Shown here piece after piece: positions 24,601 to 38,300 of a DNA stretch of 64,000 bases. Source of the stretch: Octopus sinensis (lineage: Eukaryota). The position numbers and the translations under genes are program-made. The notes under the pieces are model-generated. The model did no database searches and had not been told where the DNA came from. It worked only from the letters and a program-made list of their open reading frames with translations. Position 1 is the first letter of the stretch, and each line of letters opens with the position of its first letter. The stretch spans positions 50,902,001-50,966,000 of the forward strand of contig NC_043000.1 of assembly GCF_006345805.1 (NCBI RefSeq), given 5' to 3'.

Positions 24601-27600
24601 ATAATGCTTATTTAGATGAAAATATTTTCAGCCAAACGTGGAATCCATGTTGATTGCAAGGTTTGAATCTATCAGGTGCCTCTCTGTATTCATCTGCCCA
24701 CTTGTCAGCTGACAGTCATTTCACTTTCTTGGATACTGCCTATCATATTTTTTGGGTGTCCTCTATATATTTATCACTGAATGGAATGTTCCATGCATCA
24801 CTTAACAAACACAAACAACAACAGAAAAAAAAAAAGACTTTTACATATTGTTGTCTGATGAAAGCATAGTCCCCCCCCCTCCTTTAAAATCAATTAATTT
24901 TGCTGAATTATTTTGTGTGTGTGTATTTTTTTTTGCTTTGTTTTTGGAGTAGCTTTGATGTTATCTATTTATTTTAACTATAACTATTTTAAAATAGTAG
25001 TCTACTCTGTGAAAGTGTATTCCATACAACTAGATAACAATGCCATGGATACCGTTGGACTGCTACTAAAGTGGATACAAAGCAGCACGTTCAGTTCTCT
25101 ATTAAAACCCATTTGCTCAGTGGTGTAAAAAGCATGTTTAGCTGAAGAAGACTGCTCTCTGCTGTGTCCATCGAGGAAAGAGTGTTAGCTAGTAACTGGT
25201 AGACCATGTGCAGATGAGATGGACAAGAGCCAAGCTCATATCTTAGTCTCTAATATTTCTACTACAGTCTGCTGCCATCTGATGTGTTATGGACTGAGGA
25301 GTTTACTTTGGAAAAACGATGCCATCATTTATGGCACTGTTGACTGCTAAATGATATTAAATCATGATGCTACAAGAAAGCCAGGGACTATATAAAATAA
25401 CTGGTATGATCAACAGTGTCACGGTATACACATTCTGATACAAAAGTAAGTACAAGTATGCAGAAACATAAATGTCATTATCAATCTATAATATAATTCC
25501 AAATGTATGAATGTGTGCTATATTTGTATTAATATATAATAATTCTCGATTGAGATTTTTATAAGTCTTTACTGAAATACTCAATGCCATATTTTTGAAT
25601 CTACAAATCTATTCCTTCCTTCATACTATCCATTCTATATGATGAGCAAAAGTCACCATCAAGATCACAGTTTATAGTATTTCTCTCTTCCTCTTTCTTT
25701 TCCTCTCTCTCCCTCTCTGTCTACCTGACTGTCTGTCTCACTCTTTCTCTCTCTCTCTCTCTCTCTCATTCTCTGTCTATCTATCTCTGTATTTTTTTCT
25801 AAAAACATTCATTTTTTTAACTGAAATAAATGTATAAAAATGCCTTGAAATGGTTGCTTTCATATGAATTTATATAATGATTTTGATAAAACAGATATGT
25901 ATAATATTACAGGAAGAAATTGATCTTTTTTTTTTCATAATAAATCTCCTAATTTTTTGTTATTTATTTTTGTGTAAATGGTGATTGTTGTGGTGGGGTC
26001 AGTTTGTTGGGTATGAGTTCTATAGTTTTGTTGTTATTGATTTCTAAAAATACATAAATATATGTTCATCTGAAATATTAAATTAAAGTGAATAAAATAA
26101 TAACACCATTTATATGATTAATACATGCTAAAACAAGAGTTTATATTAGCTACATTTATAGATTTAATTTTATTTATAGGTTTAATTTTAAAAGAAAGCA
26201 TCCTTGATTGAATGAGAAACCATAATTGAGGCATGATGCCGCTTTAGTTTGCCTATATTTTTGTATATCCTCGCGACAGTGTGCATGTGTGTGTGTGTGC
26301 ATGCATGTGTGTGTGTATGTGTGTGTGTGTGTGTGTATATGTGTGTACATATATATATCCAAATATTTTCACATAGCAATAAAACTGTTAAATGAATGGA
26401 AAGTAAACGGGTTTCTCTTTCCCCACAACAATCCTTTACCTCTATCATAATTGTTCCTGTTTTTCTGTTGTTACTGTTGTTTGTTTTCTTGGAAGTTTGC
26501 AGGGGTATGTTAATGTGTCTGTATATTTAGAAGAATTAAATGAAAGTGTTCAAGCTCACAGACAGCAGTGTTTTCCCTTTCATCAGCTCAATAAGCTATG
26601 TAAAAAAATGAAATTTTGCACATGGGTAGCCTTAATGTTTTGTGTGATTAGTATTTCAAGAGACAGTGTCATTGCAAGCTATAAATTTAAGTCATTTGTC
26701 AATTAAATAATCTCATATAACAAGAATTAGCTTTTATAAAATTTTGGTATTTTTCCTATCTTTTCTGGGTTTTCTGTTGTCTCTACCTTGTAAAAAAGAA
26801 ATTCATTATAACTGTCATTATTTTATCAAAAGGAAAATAGTTCTTATTAAATTATTTGATAGCAAGAATGTGTAACTAATTGAACATGGAGATAAATAGA
26901 AGAATGATTGAAATTTACTTGTTGAGAGTTGCAGGAAAGCAACAAAAAATGCATATTTATGTATTATAATTCAACTATTTATGTAATTTTTTTTAGATAT
27001 TCCATGTCTTTAGATTAATCTTTAGTATGTTGTATATACCCTAAATATAATTTAATAATATCATCATATACTAAAATGTAGCACAAGATGAAAATGCATT
27101 AAACGTCTTAAATGAACATTTTAAACTAAAGGTAAAAATATAGAAGCTTATGGAGGTTTATAATTCTCTCTGCCATAGATCTTTTTCTTTTCCTTTTCCT
27201 CTAAATGACACCCAATCACATCCGTACTGGTAATTCTACTGTCATCTTTTATAACCATTGCTTATAATAGCTACTCTTCAGGAAATGGAAAATCTAAGTG
27301 TGGGTACCAAAATTAACTTCTTAGGTATAACCAGCCAATTTTTTCATAGGAAAAAGAAGCAAAAAGATTTAAAAAATAGAAGAAAAATAACTAAGTGATA
27401 AATAAATAATTTTCTCTCTAATAATTAAGGAATATTAGGTTATTAACCAAGTTTATGCTTCTAATATTGCATAAGTACATTTAAGATTTCATCAAATGAA
27501 ATACCACCTCGACGTTGTCATATCATATAAGGATAAGGATAGGCTATTTTTGTTTCTCTTTTACTTTTCAAATACAATAATAAATATTTATTACCTTAAA

Positions 27601-30600
27601 GTCTAAATTTTTTTTTTTATTACTTACCTTATTTCTTACCTTATAGGGAGCTAATTAATGCTTACTTTTCACACACCCTCAAAAGATATTATGATGTATA
27701 TATTTTTTCTTCATTACTTATTTTTGTGTATTTCTTCTACTTCTCTAATTGTCACTGTGTTTTCTGCTGCTACTGTCATTGGTATTTTTGGATTATTATC
27801 TCTGTGAAAATTCTTATTATCAGTAGCATAGTATTGACACATCAAGTAATAGGAACAGAAATAGCAAGAAACCACTTATCTTATTTTAACTGATGAACAT
27901 ATATGATGTAATTTTAGTAGGAATTCTTCATGTTTTTAATAATGAAGAAAAAAAATTAATCATTTTATCAAAATTCAAAAAATCTTTTCAAAATGATAGA
28001 ATTTTAAGAAGAGGTTTTAAACAAAAATATGATTCCACTTTTAAAGAATAGCTTTGTACAGTGTCTTGAATGGTAAAAAAAATGCTGGCAGAAGAATATA
28101 CATCTCTCTATATTAAAAATAAACATGTATTCTACAAACTGAAGAATATATGCATGTTAGTGGAAGCTATATAGTGAAGTGTTACCCATTGATTTTTATT
28201 GAAAGATTTTTTAAATAAAAGTTGTATATCTTATGTTTTTTTTTGTGCTAGATTTTAACAATAGTTGTTGATAATTGCCTGAATATCTATAACATCTATC
28301 TATTTATATAATCATGTGGTCATTTCATTTCGCATCTTAGCTTTTCTTCTCATTTTGTATTTTTCTACTGCAAATTTTATCCCCTCTGTAGTATTAGTAT
28401 CATCTAAGCAGCAGCAGCAGCATCAACAACAACAACAACAGCAGACACAAGAATATTATATAAAATATCAATAAGTGTATAAAACACTTCATCAACCAAC
28501 TCTGCATTTCTTCAATAATTATATTTCAAGTTTCAAATTATTTTTGCTGTAATTTATCTATTTCTGTCTCCTTAATATCAAAACAGATTCTAGTGTTTTA
28601 CTATTTCTACGGCATCCATACATATTAAAACTGTTCTACACCACTTTAGTGGCTCAATGTAAGACCATCAGAAAAACTGAGCAATAATAAAGGGAGGACA
28701 TTACCAGTGTTTGTGAAATAAGCTTGTTATTCCACTTATATAAGCTTGAAAAATTCTTCCTAACAATTCCATCTTGTTAAATAAGGAATAAGTATCGGAA
28801 CATTCTTATTGTTATAAATGGTTATGTGACCTTAGTAAATTTGTCTCAAATATTTTCTCTTTTGTGTGAAAAAAAAATAAGAGAAATAATTTTATATAGA
28901 TTATTGTATCTGATAGGAAGGAAGATACTGTAGTCATAGAACAAGTTTCTCAAAATTTAAGCATCATTTATTTTATGTATTCTCTTAGGAATATTTTTAA
29001 ATGTTTCTAAATCCAGGAGGTGGGAAATTTTTATAGGTTTTTACATGATTAATCACAGGGAGGCACACATAAGAAAAGTATGATTTCCCTTGCAAACATT
29101 TCAATTAAAAAACTTATTACACATGTTCACTCATACAACAATGTGTGTGTATGTGTGTGTGTGTGCATGCGTTCATGTATTTGTCTGTGTTTTCAATTAA
29201 AAAAATGCAAAGTGCTCAATATTAAATCATGATGCTACAAGAAAGCCAGGGACTATATAAAATAACTAAAGCGGCATCATGCCTCAATATTAGAGACTGT
29301 TGTAGAAATGTGTAGATTTTGTTAAAATTGTGCATTGGTAAAATAAATTATTTCCTCATACCTAAAGGTCTTGTGCAGTTATCTAATGCTTCAGGTATAA
29401 AGAAATAATCTGGTTTGCGAACAAACAATTATACATGCACATATGCATGCATGCACATGCATACATATGCACATATACATACACAAACTCATTCACACAC
29501 ACCCACTCACTCACATACACACATATGCATACACATACAGAGAAAATTATATAAAAAAAATTAAAGAAAAATGGAAAAGTGACTTGTTCACTGAGACAAT
29601 ACAGGCAGTAGTATAAGAAATTTTTGTTCATGTAATGTATTATAACTCTGATATTTAGACTTATCAGGCAAACATGCACTCATAAAGACCCTAAATTTGT
29701 CTTGATATTTTTATCACATGCCTACTGTTAATTAACTAGAGAATTAAAATAGCTATTTTTATAATAAATACTTGTGCAGATATACAGTTCCTTGTATATT
29801 TAACACTTATATTTTTTGGCTGAAATATATAATTATGAATAATTCCTAAAACAGCTTGAAATACAATAAACCAATAAGATTATATATATATTTTTTTTAA
29901 TTCTTAATCAACTATGTACCGTTCCACTGCTATTAGTTCTTAGCAGCTTAAGTAGTAAACCATTTACAAAACTATTATCTGGGGTGGCACTATTGAAACT
30001 AGTTCTGTTAATTTCATTAATAATTACTCACATATAATGTAGCATAGAAATTAAACAATGTCAAAATATAATATATGATTTAGTGAATGTTGGAAATTTT
30101 CATGATTTGTTTTTGATATTTCCTGTAAGGCTTATCTAAACATTTTCTGTGTTTCCATTGGTTTTCTATCAGCTCTCAATGTGTGTATCAGCAGCAATGC
30201 CTACCACATAGCTATTAGCAGGTGAATGGATTGTCTTTATATATATATATATATTGTCAGTTTATTTTCTGTTCAGATACTTTTCAAGTATATAACTTTG
30301 AAAAATTACCACAATACCATAAAATTATATTTCTATATTTCTTAATTTTTCATGGGTTCTTCTTCCAAATAGGTTGGGTAAGACTCATTGAGTGATAATT
30401 TAAAACTTGTTCACTGCTCAACTGGTCTCTATTGTAGTTATTCAGTTTTAGAACACGAGTGACCTACTTTTGGAGATCATGTATGTTTAAACATTTTTTT
30501 TCTGTTTTATTTCAACTATACATCTTTCAATATTACATCTTGTAGTTCATGGAAGTTTTTGATGGTTACTTTTTCCCCCTCTAGGATCATATAATTTGGT

Positions 30601-31536
30601 TTCTTCTACTGAGCTCCAGTATTTATATAGGGCTTACAATGAAGGATTTTGTTGATTGGTTTTACTTTGTTTAATAACTATATTACTCATATAAACATTC
30701 CATATCCAAATTTCAATGTTCATTTCCTTATTTTAACTTAACCAATTTTACACATGATGCTTGCTCTGAATTATAATCCCCAATAGATATCTAAATTCAG
30801 AGTAACACTATTTATCTGTACACATATCCAAGTAATATTCACATATTGTTACGATTATCACAATTCTGTCTACATATAATTGATTATGTAAATATCTTAA
30901 GGTGCTAAACTTACATCATTAGTTCTTACTAGTCTGATATTTCAGATTTGTTATGAATTTACAACCTTGAAGAAATTTTTGTAATTTCTTTTATATATTT
31001 CTTGAAACATATCTAAGCAATATTGTTTAGCTAAATTTAACTGCCCAATGATATCAAAGAGTTATTTCAAATATAGTTTTTTACAAAATCTCATGATCAG
31101 ACCTTATTGTTGATGTCACAATGCTCACTAGTTAACACCTGTTATATGCACAATATTCCAATACACAATGAGCTCCAAAATACAAAGATGGGGAAAATTG
31201 GTTATTAAAAGACGAGAGCGAACAGTAATTGAGAAATGGTGATAGAAAATAATTTCTGAACATTTTGAATAATACAACAAAGCATAGTATATAATTGTTT
31301 CCTTTGTATTTTTTTGCCATATTTATTTATTCATTTATTTTTTCAAGCTTAAATTTCTGTTATTCTTAGATTTAGCATTGGTTTCAAAAAATACAGATAT
31401 TAAAGTCTATCAGTGTGTGTAATATTTGATTGCCCATGTCATATTATTATTTGTCTCACTATTTTTATTAAATGTATTATGTAAAGTGAAATTAATACTT
31501 ACAATCATGAACCAAATATCATATATATATAGGAGG

Positions 31537-31825
31537 TATTTGGTTCATGATTGTAAGGTTGTGAGTTCAATTCATGCTGGTGTACTGTGTCCTTGAGCAA
31601 GACACTTTATTTCATGTTGCTCCAGTCCACTCAGCTAGCAAAAATAAGTAGTACCTGTATTCAAAGGACCAGTCATTGTGTGTCATGCTGAATCTCTACA
31701 AGAGAACTACATTAAGAGTACACATGTCTGTGGAGTGCAAAGCCACTTGCATCATAATTTCCCAAGCAGGCAGTTCTATTGATCAGATGAACTGGAGCAC
31801 TCATCATCATCACCAATGGAGTTCT
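31537..31825 (+). mobile_element. Family-E variant SINE, 5' truncated
   Basis: GTGTCCTTGAGCAAGACACTTTATTTCATGTTGCTCCAGTCCACTCAGC body plus the shared tail. Confidence 0.8.
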
Positions 31826-31829
31826 AGTT

Positions 31830-31985
31830 ATTATGTATGTATGTATGTATATATGTAAGTATGTATGTATGTATGTATGTATGTATGTATGTATGTATGT
31901 ATGCATGTATGCATGCATGCAAGCATGCATGCATGTATGTATGTATGTATGTACGTATGTATGTATATATGCATGTATATATAAC
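31830..31985. repeat. (ATGT)n/(ATGC)n tetranucleotide microsatellite
   Basis: Direct inspection. Confidence 0.95.
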
Positions 31986-33314
31986 AATAATAATTGAAAA
32001 GAGATATAAAAGTCAAAATGAATTATGTTTCTCAGAGGAAACATTGAATTCTAGAGAAATAAGTTATCTTAGGAAATTTCAGTTTTTTGGAACTTCAGCC
32101 ATAGACATGTTCTTTAAAACAACCTGGCTTTTTCATACACTAATAAAAAAAAAATGCTTTGTAATGTCAGCTTAAAATAATGATGTGCAAAGTAGATCAT
32201 TTAAACTAGCATCATGGTGTTTATAATTCAGTATAAGGTATCAGTGCTAAAGGCTGTTCAAATGTTATTCTCAAACAATGTGTGTGGTGATGGTGGTGGT
32301 GGGGGAATATACAACAACAACAACAACAACATGAATGTCAATATTTGGTATCTTCTAGGATTTTAATCATAATATTTGAACAAATTTCTTCAAGCTGAAT
32401 TAGTGTACCACAAAGTAAACAGTTACAATGATTTTGAATTTAGTCTTTATCAATGCTGAAATGAATAAATGAATATATAACTATAATAATAGAGATACAT
32501 ATCTGATAGTATATATAACAAAGATGTAAATGAAATAAATAATCTATTATTTAGTCTCTATATATTTTGCACTTAGTGTTTATGTATCAATTATGGGCAG
32601 AGAAACGTAAGATTGTTGATACTGATTTTAAATCAGTGTCAAAATAGAATATAGAACATGTTAACAAGATGGAAGAATCATTCAATTTGCTAACTCATAT
32701 TCTTAACATTGTCATTAGAGTTAAGTGGTAAAGTCTTGTAGGTCCATGATACACTGATACACCCACAAACACAGTAAGGATTGGTGAAAGCAATAAGATA
32801 GTCTCTGTAGCATGCTAATTTTTTTGGCAATCTTTATTGAATTGGGGTTTTTTTTTGTTTTTTGGAGTTTTTTTTTTTGTTGCTCTATTCATTTATTCAT
32901 GTTTTATCAGAGCCAATTTGTAGAGTCTCTGTGACTGGTTTAAATTGTACAAAAGCTCTGCAGTGACAGTTTTTGAGAATACAAATAAAGTTCTTTGAAC
33001 AAAACAGCATGACACTAAGATAGATGTAGCACCTGGAAACCTTACTAGTTGTGAGGCATCAAATTCATTAGTCAGTTTCAGTAAAGCATTAGTCAAAGAT
33101 GACTTATACTGTAGCCAGTAATGTACCCCTAAATATCAGAATACAAACTGTCTTTCAGGTAATTTTTCCAGTTTCTTTGTTATATTCTGTAATTGTCTTC
33201 AAATTAAATAGGTCTTATATCTAGTTTCTTCAGTCAAATTTCCACATTATCATCTTTAAAGACATTGCAGGTGCAGGGGCATCCAGGGAAAAACATCTGT
33301 TGTTTGTTGTTTGT

Positions 33315-33610
33315 TCCTTCTTGAGCCATGCTTGGCTCATAGGGCTGGTTTCCCAGTTTCCTTGGCATATAGGTTCCCTACATGGAAGGGACGCCGGTCT
33401 GTCACAGGTGAGCTGCAAGATGCAGGAGGAAAGAGTGAGAGAAAGTTGTGGCGAAAGAGTAGGCAGAAGTTCGCCATTACCTTCTGCCGGAGCCACGTGG
33501 AGCTTAGGTGTTTCATTCATAAACACACACATTGCCTGGTCTGAGATTCAAACCCGCGATCCCTTGACTGTGAGTCTGCTGCTCTAACCACTAGGCCATA
33601 TGCCTCCACA
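33315..33610 (-). mobile_element. Family-E SINE
   Basis: Minus strand begins TGTGGAGGCATATGGCCTAGTGGTTAGAGCAGCAGACTC...GGGTTTGAATCTC (tRNA-like head). The tail is shared with 56100-56330. Confidence 0.85.
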
Positions 33611-33884
33611 GGGAAAAACATACAAGGTTTCAAATAAAATAGTTGCTATGCCTAAAATAACAAGTTGACTAATGGTGATTCCTCTACCCCACTTCACACA
33701 ATACTTGTATATTATTACAGGCTTCTTTCAGTTTCCTTTGTCCAATTTCACTTACAAAGCTTTGGTTCTCTCAGGGTTATAGTAGAAAACATTATTCCAA
33801 GGTACTGCTCAGTGGGACTGAACTTCAGGCCACATGGTTGGGAACCAAGTTTCTAAACCTCATGGCCACAAAGCAAATGACTGA

Positions 33885-34161
33885 GGCCTTTGGCAATATC
33901 TCATGCTTCAGTGGAAAACTGATCAAGCCAAGTGAAATCATTGTTGTGGCAGATACTGGTATCACACGACTACCACCCATGCCGGTGCCACATAAAAACA
34001 CCCATTACACTCTCAGAGTGGTTGGTGTTAGGAAGGGCATCCAGCTGTAGAAATCATGCCAAATCAGATAAGTCTGGTGGTGCAGCCCCTCAGCTTGTCA
34101 GCCCTGGTCAAACCGTCCAACCCATGCCAGCATGGACAACGGATGTTAAATGATGATGATG

Positions 34162-34163
<2 letters not shown>
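33885..34163 (+). mobile_element. Family-D element
   Basis: GAGTGGTTGGTGTTAGGAAGGGCATCCAGC...CCATGCCAGCATGGACAACGGATGTTAAATGATGATGAT. Confidence 0.85.
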
Positions 34164-34227
<64 letters not shown>

Positions 34228-35061
34228 TTATAGACACACATGATAAAGAATTGTGAATTTTACATCTTCAAAATTTATTTATTACAGTATTACTCTCTTT
34301 AAATACCAATCCAACAAGTATTTCTGCTGGATACATTTCCTAGTCTCCTTTGATGTAACATTTATGTGCATTTACTTGATTCAGTTGCAGTACATATTAA
34401 GCCAAGGTAGGCATTTCTAAGCAGCTTTGTTCAAGGTATTCACTTCACCCATCTGCATGAACAATACTTTAATATATCTGCATAGGAATGTCTAGCTTGG
34501 ATGAATTGGTTATACCCTAACTGAGTCAACTTAAAACACATAAATGCATCAATGGAGACTAGGACACACGTCCTACAGAAACATATGTTGGATTGGCATC
34601 TAATGAGAATAATACTAATAATGTAATAAATATATTTTGAAGATGATGTATCTCAACTGCTGTTCACCATTTTTCTCTATGATGTCTTGATCATATGCTG
34701 CATATGCTGTATGAAATCAATTGAAGTTAATTGAGGACTTACCTATCAAATGAAGTACTTTTTAATTGTTTACCTTATTGTGGTTAACCAAATCTGGATT
34801 ATATCAGAGTGCAGAAAAAGTAACTGCCCAGATTCCAAATCCCTAATATATATATTAGAAGAAATGAGGTACTCAGAAATTCGGATGGTTTTATATTTAC
34901 AGATATTTATTTGTATATTACATGTTTTTATACATCATATATCATATATCAGCGCTTTCGTCCATTCTAGTGGAGTTTTCAAATTGAACTAAGTTCTTGG
35001 GGAAAATTTCTGAGTACCTCATTTCTTCTAATATAAAATACCTGTACATCATCTTCAAACC

Positions 35062-35092
<31 letters not shown>

Positions 35093-35212
35093 CGTGTCAA
35101 ATAATTAATAGAGCCATTTGAGAGTTTAGACAGAATGTGTTGTTGCATTTGTTTTTGCTTTCTGGGTTCTGAGTTTAGATCCCATCTTTTTGCCTTTTTA
35201 AAAATCATAAAA

Positions 35213-35372
35213 TCACCCACTACACTCTCGGAGTGGTTGGCGTTAGGAAGGGCATCCAGCTGTAGAAACACTGCCAGATCTGACTGGCCTGGTGCAGCCT
35301 TCGGGCTTGCCAGACCCCAGTTGAACCGTCCAACCCATGCTAGCATGGAAAGCGGACGTTAAACGATGATGA
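35213..35372 (+). mobile_element. Family-D element, 5' truncated
   Basis: Near-consensus match to 20130-20305. Confidence 0.9.
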
Positions 35373-38300
35373 AGTTGATAGTAAGGTACTAGCCCAGAGC
35401 AACAGATTGATGGAATGTTAGAGTGTTAGATTAGATGACTTATGGTATCTGATTTTAGCTCTGAGTAATATGAATTAAAATCTCAAAGCTTGTCACTGGA
35501 AACACCCACCTCCACCCACCCCAACTCAAAAAAAAGGTCACCTTTTGTCTTTCTTTGGTTTTGTGATAAACTTGGGAAGTCGCGGGTATGAAATGGTGAT
35601 AGGCACAAAAATCTTAAAATACCCAAGTGCTTCAGCAAGCTGATCTACCTCAACTCCTGTACATCAGCTGATAGGAAACATTACAAGAGAGTTCTTCAAG
35701 TCCTTCTCTCAGCAAAAAAATGACATCCCCACTCACAGATGCACACTCAGGCACGTGTGTGGTGATAGTTACCCAACCTTTATGTAATATGTTTTGAGCA
35801 AGTTAACTTGGCACAACTCTTCATTTACCAGAAATTTATCATAGCACCAGAATTTAATAAAACACTATTTATAGCTGCAGTCTGTACCAAAGTGTCCTAT
35901 TTGAGAATTAAGTATCTTCATCATTAAAAAAGACAGCATCATTGATTGATGCTGATCTTTAACACTTCAGTTAACAGTCAGTCAAAGCATTCTATTAATG
36001 TAACCATGTTGTTGAGAAGTTTGCTTTGCAGTAAACGACATGGTTCCAGAGTGAATTGACCAATATTCTAGTGAGAGGAATATGACTGACAGAAACTGTG
36101 TGGAAACCTGTTGTGTGTGTATGTCTGTGTGTGTGGTTCTGTATAGTATAGTTAAATTGATGTTTTGAGTTTCAGCCATTCAACTGAATAATAAACTTAG
36201 CTATTGAAATAGTAACTGACAAAAGAAGTACCAGAGTGAAATAAGTTCTGTGCTTGATGTAGTTGATTAAAACTCTTCAAATTTTGCTCCAGTATGACAT
36301 CAGTCAATGACTGAAATCAGTAAAATAAAAGAATACACACATATGTTAGAGGATATCCTTATTTGGTGTGTTTAATATCAAATAGGCTATTGCATACATC
36401 CACCACAAACAAACTTTAATCAGAACTATTATTTAAAATCTAATAGCAAGATGAGCTGAGATGTTTGGAAATCTGGTCCCTTTCTTTCTTTCCATTTACA
36501 TATTTACATATAAAAGTGATTAACAAGAAGGTAATAATTTGAGGATTCTCCTTGCTGAGTTTTATGGGGAAAATGCTTGCTTGTATGTTACTCTCTTGAG
36601 TAGGATAACTTCTAAGAAGCATACACTCTGAGAGCCATTATGAATTCCACTGCACTTAATCTACTTTAGATAAGATCTTTACCTTGCATTAACTACAGCA
36701 GAAATTCAATGGGTAGTTTGGAACTGTTATTTGTGATATTTATTTAACTCACAAAATTACTTAAACATCAGTTATAGAGGTTTAAACTACAAATATTCAC
36801 AACTTGCTTGTCTTGATAGTTATTTAAGTGTCCTTATATTCCCACGCTTTTGTTTTGTGGATTGTGATAAAATGATTTTGCACTTTGTTGTAGAATCAAG
36901 CAGTATTAAAATTTTGGCAATTCTAATTTTCATTTTTGTCTTGTTCATCTCAGGGTTGCTGTGTTAACTTTCTTCACAACCATCTTGAAAGCTACTTCAT
37001 TCTCACACTATTGAATTCTCAGTTCTTACAACTCAAATTCCTCCAGTTTAAATCTTCATCATAATGACATTAAAGCGTGTGTGTGCATGCATGCACGTGT
37101 GCACATATATGAAACTCTTTTTACAATCCTGTCACATCATACCTCTTATTAAACAGCCATCTCTAAGGGAGTGAAAATGAAAAATGTGAAAAGGAGAGAA
37201 AGGGTGTCAGGGCTGCTTTCTACTGTATCACAACCTAACAAATAACATGATGTAAATCAATGTTAGCTGGTCACATTGTTTGATAAAAGGAGCCTCTACA
37301 TGACCATGCAATATGATTGAAATCGTGGCAAAATAACCCTCGTATCATACCTTAGCTAGATTTACTAGACAATTAGTTCCAGATATGCAAAATGACATTG
37401 GTGTTATTACTAGAGTAGCTTCCATTATAAGCCTGTTAGATCGGGGCTGATCTGGGACTAAATATCATAAAGTTTACATTGAGCTAACAGAGGAAAATCT
37501 CTATGTGGTTGTCACACTGCTCTAGTCATTGATAACAATGCAATTGCAAACACTATGCAACTCTTTCATATATACTATGTTAAATGAAATGGAATCTTGT
37601 GTAAAAATCACAAGCCATACCTAGTATCCCAATAGAAACCAATGCTTGTCTTTGGCAGCACTACATGTATCAGGGAGAGGAAAGTGAGTGGGAAAGAGAT
37701 AGGGGGAGAAAGAAAGATAGAAATATCAGATTAACATTGATAATGACATAAGATTATATTGTGAGTTTAGTAGTATAATTACCAGATAGAAATACACATA
37801 CATTCCCCTTGGTATGTAGTTTTCTTTTAAGATTAGTTATTTGGAAATGAGAGGCAATGCTCTTAGCTTCTATAGACATTGCTTGATTGGTGTGATGGAA
37901 GGATAACTTAGGCAGAAGCAACTGATGTTCAGTTTGCAGTAATCAGGGGCTGGGGAACAATTCCTTAAAGTAGGAAAAACTGAAACGTATTTTTGCAATG
38001 AGTTCGAAAGGCATTCACTTTCATAGGTTTTAGCGAAGTAGGTGCGCAATTGGCAGATTTAAAAACACGCAAACTTTTATTGTAGAATGTTAGATAGCGG
38101 ACAAGGTAAATTATAATTTATTTACTACCATGACTTGAGTTTCCACTGCATATTTACCTTGTAGCATGACAGAATGGGTTCATAGATATATCAATTTTAT
38201 ACATTTTATCGTTTTATCATTCTGGCGTACTAGTGATAGGCGCATGTTCATGATTCATGTTTTGTCCTTAAGAGAAGTTTTTTTTTTCCTAAAGCAGTAA

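Noticed and set aside
28406-28472. Poly-Gln stretch QQQQHQQQQQQQTQEYYIKYQ* as a terminal exon
   Set aside because: Short CAG/CAA microsatellite with no supporting upstream exon or recognisable domain.
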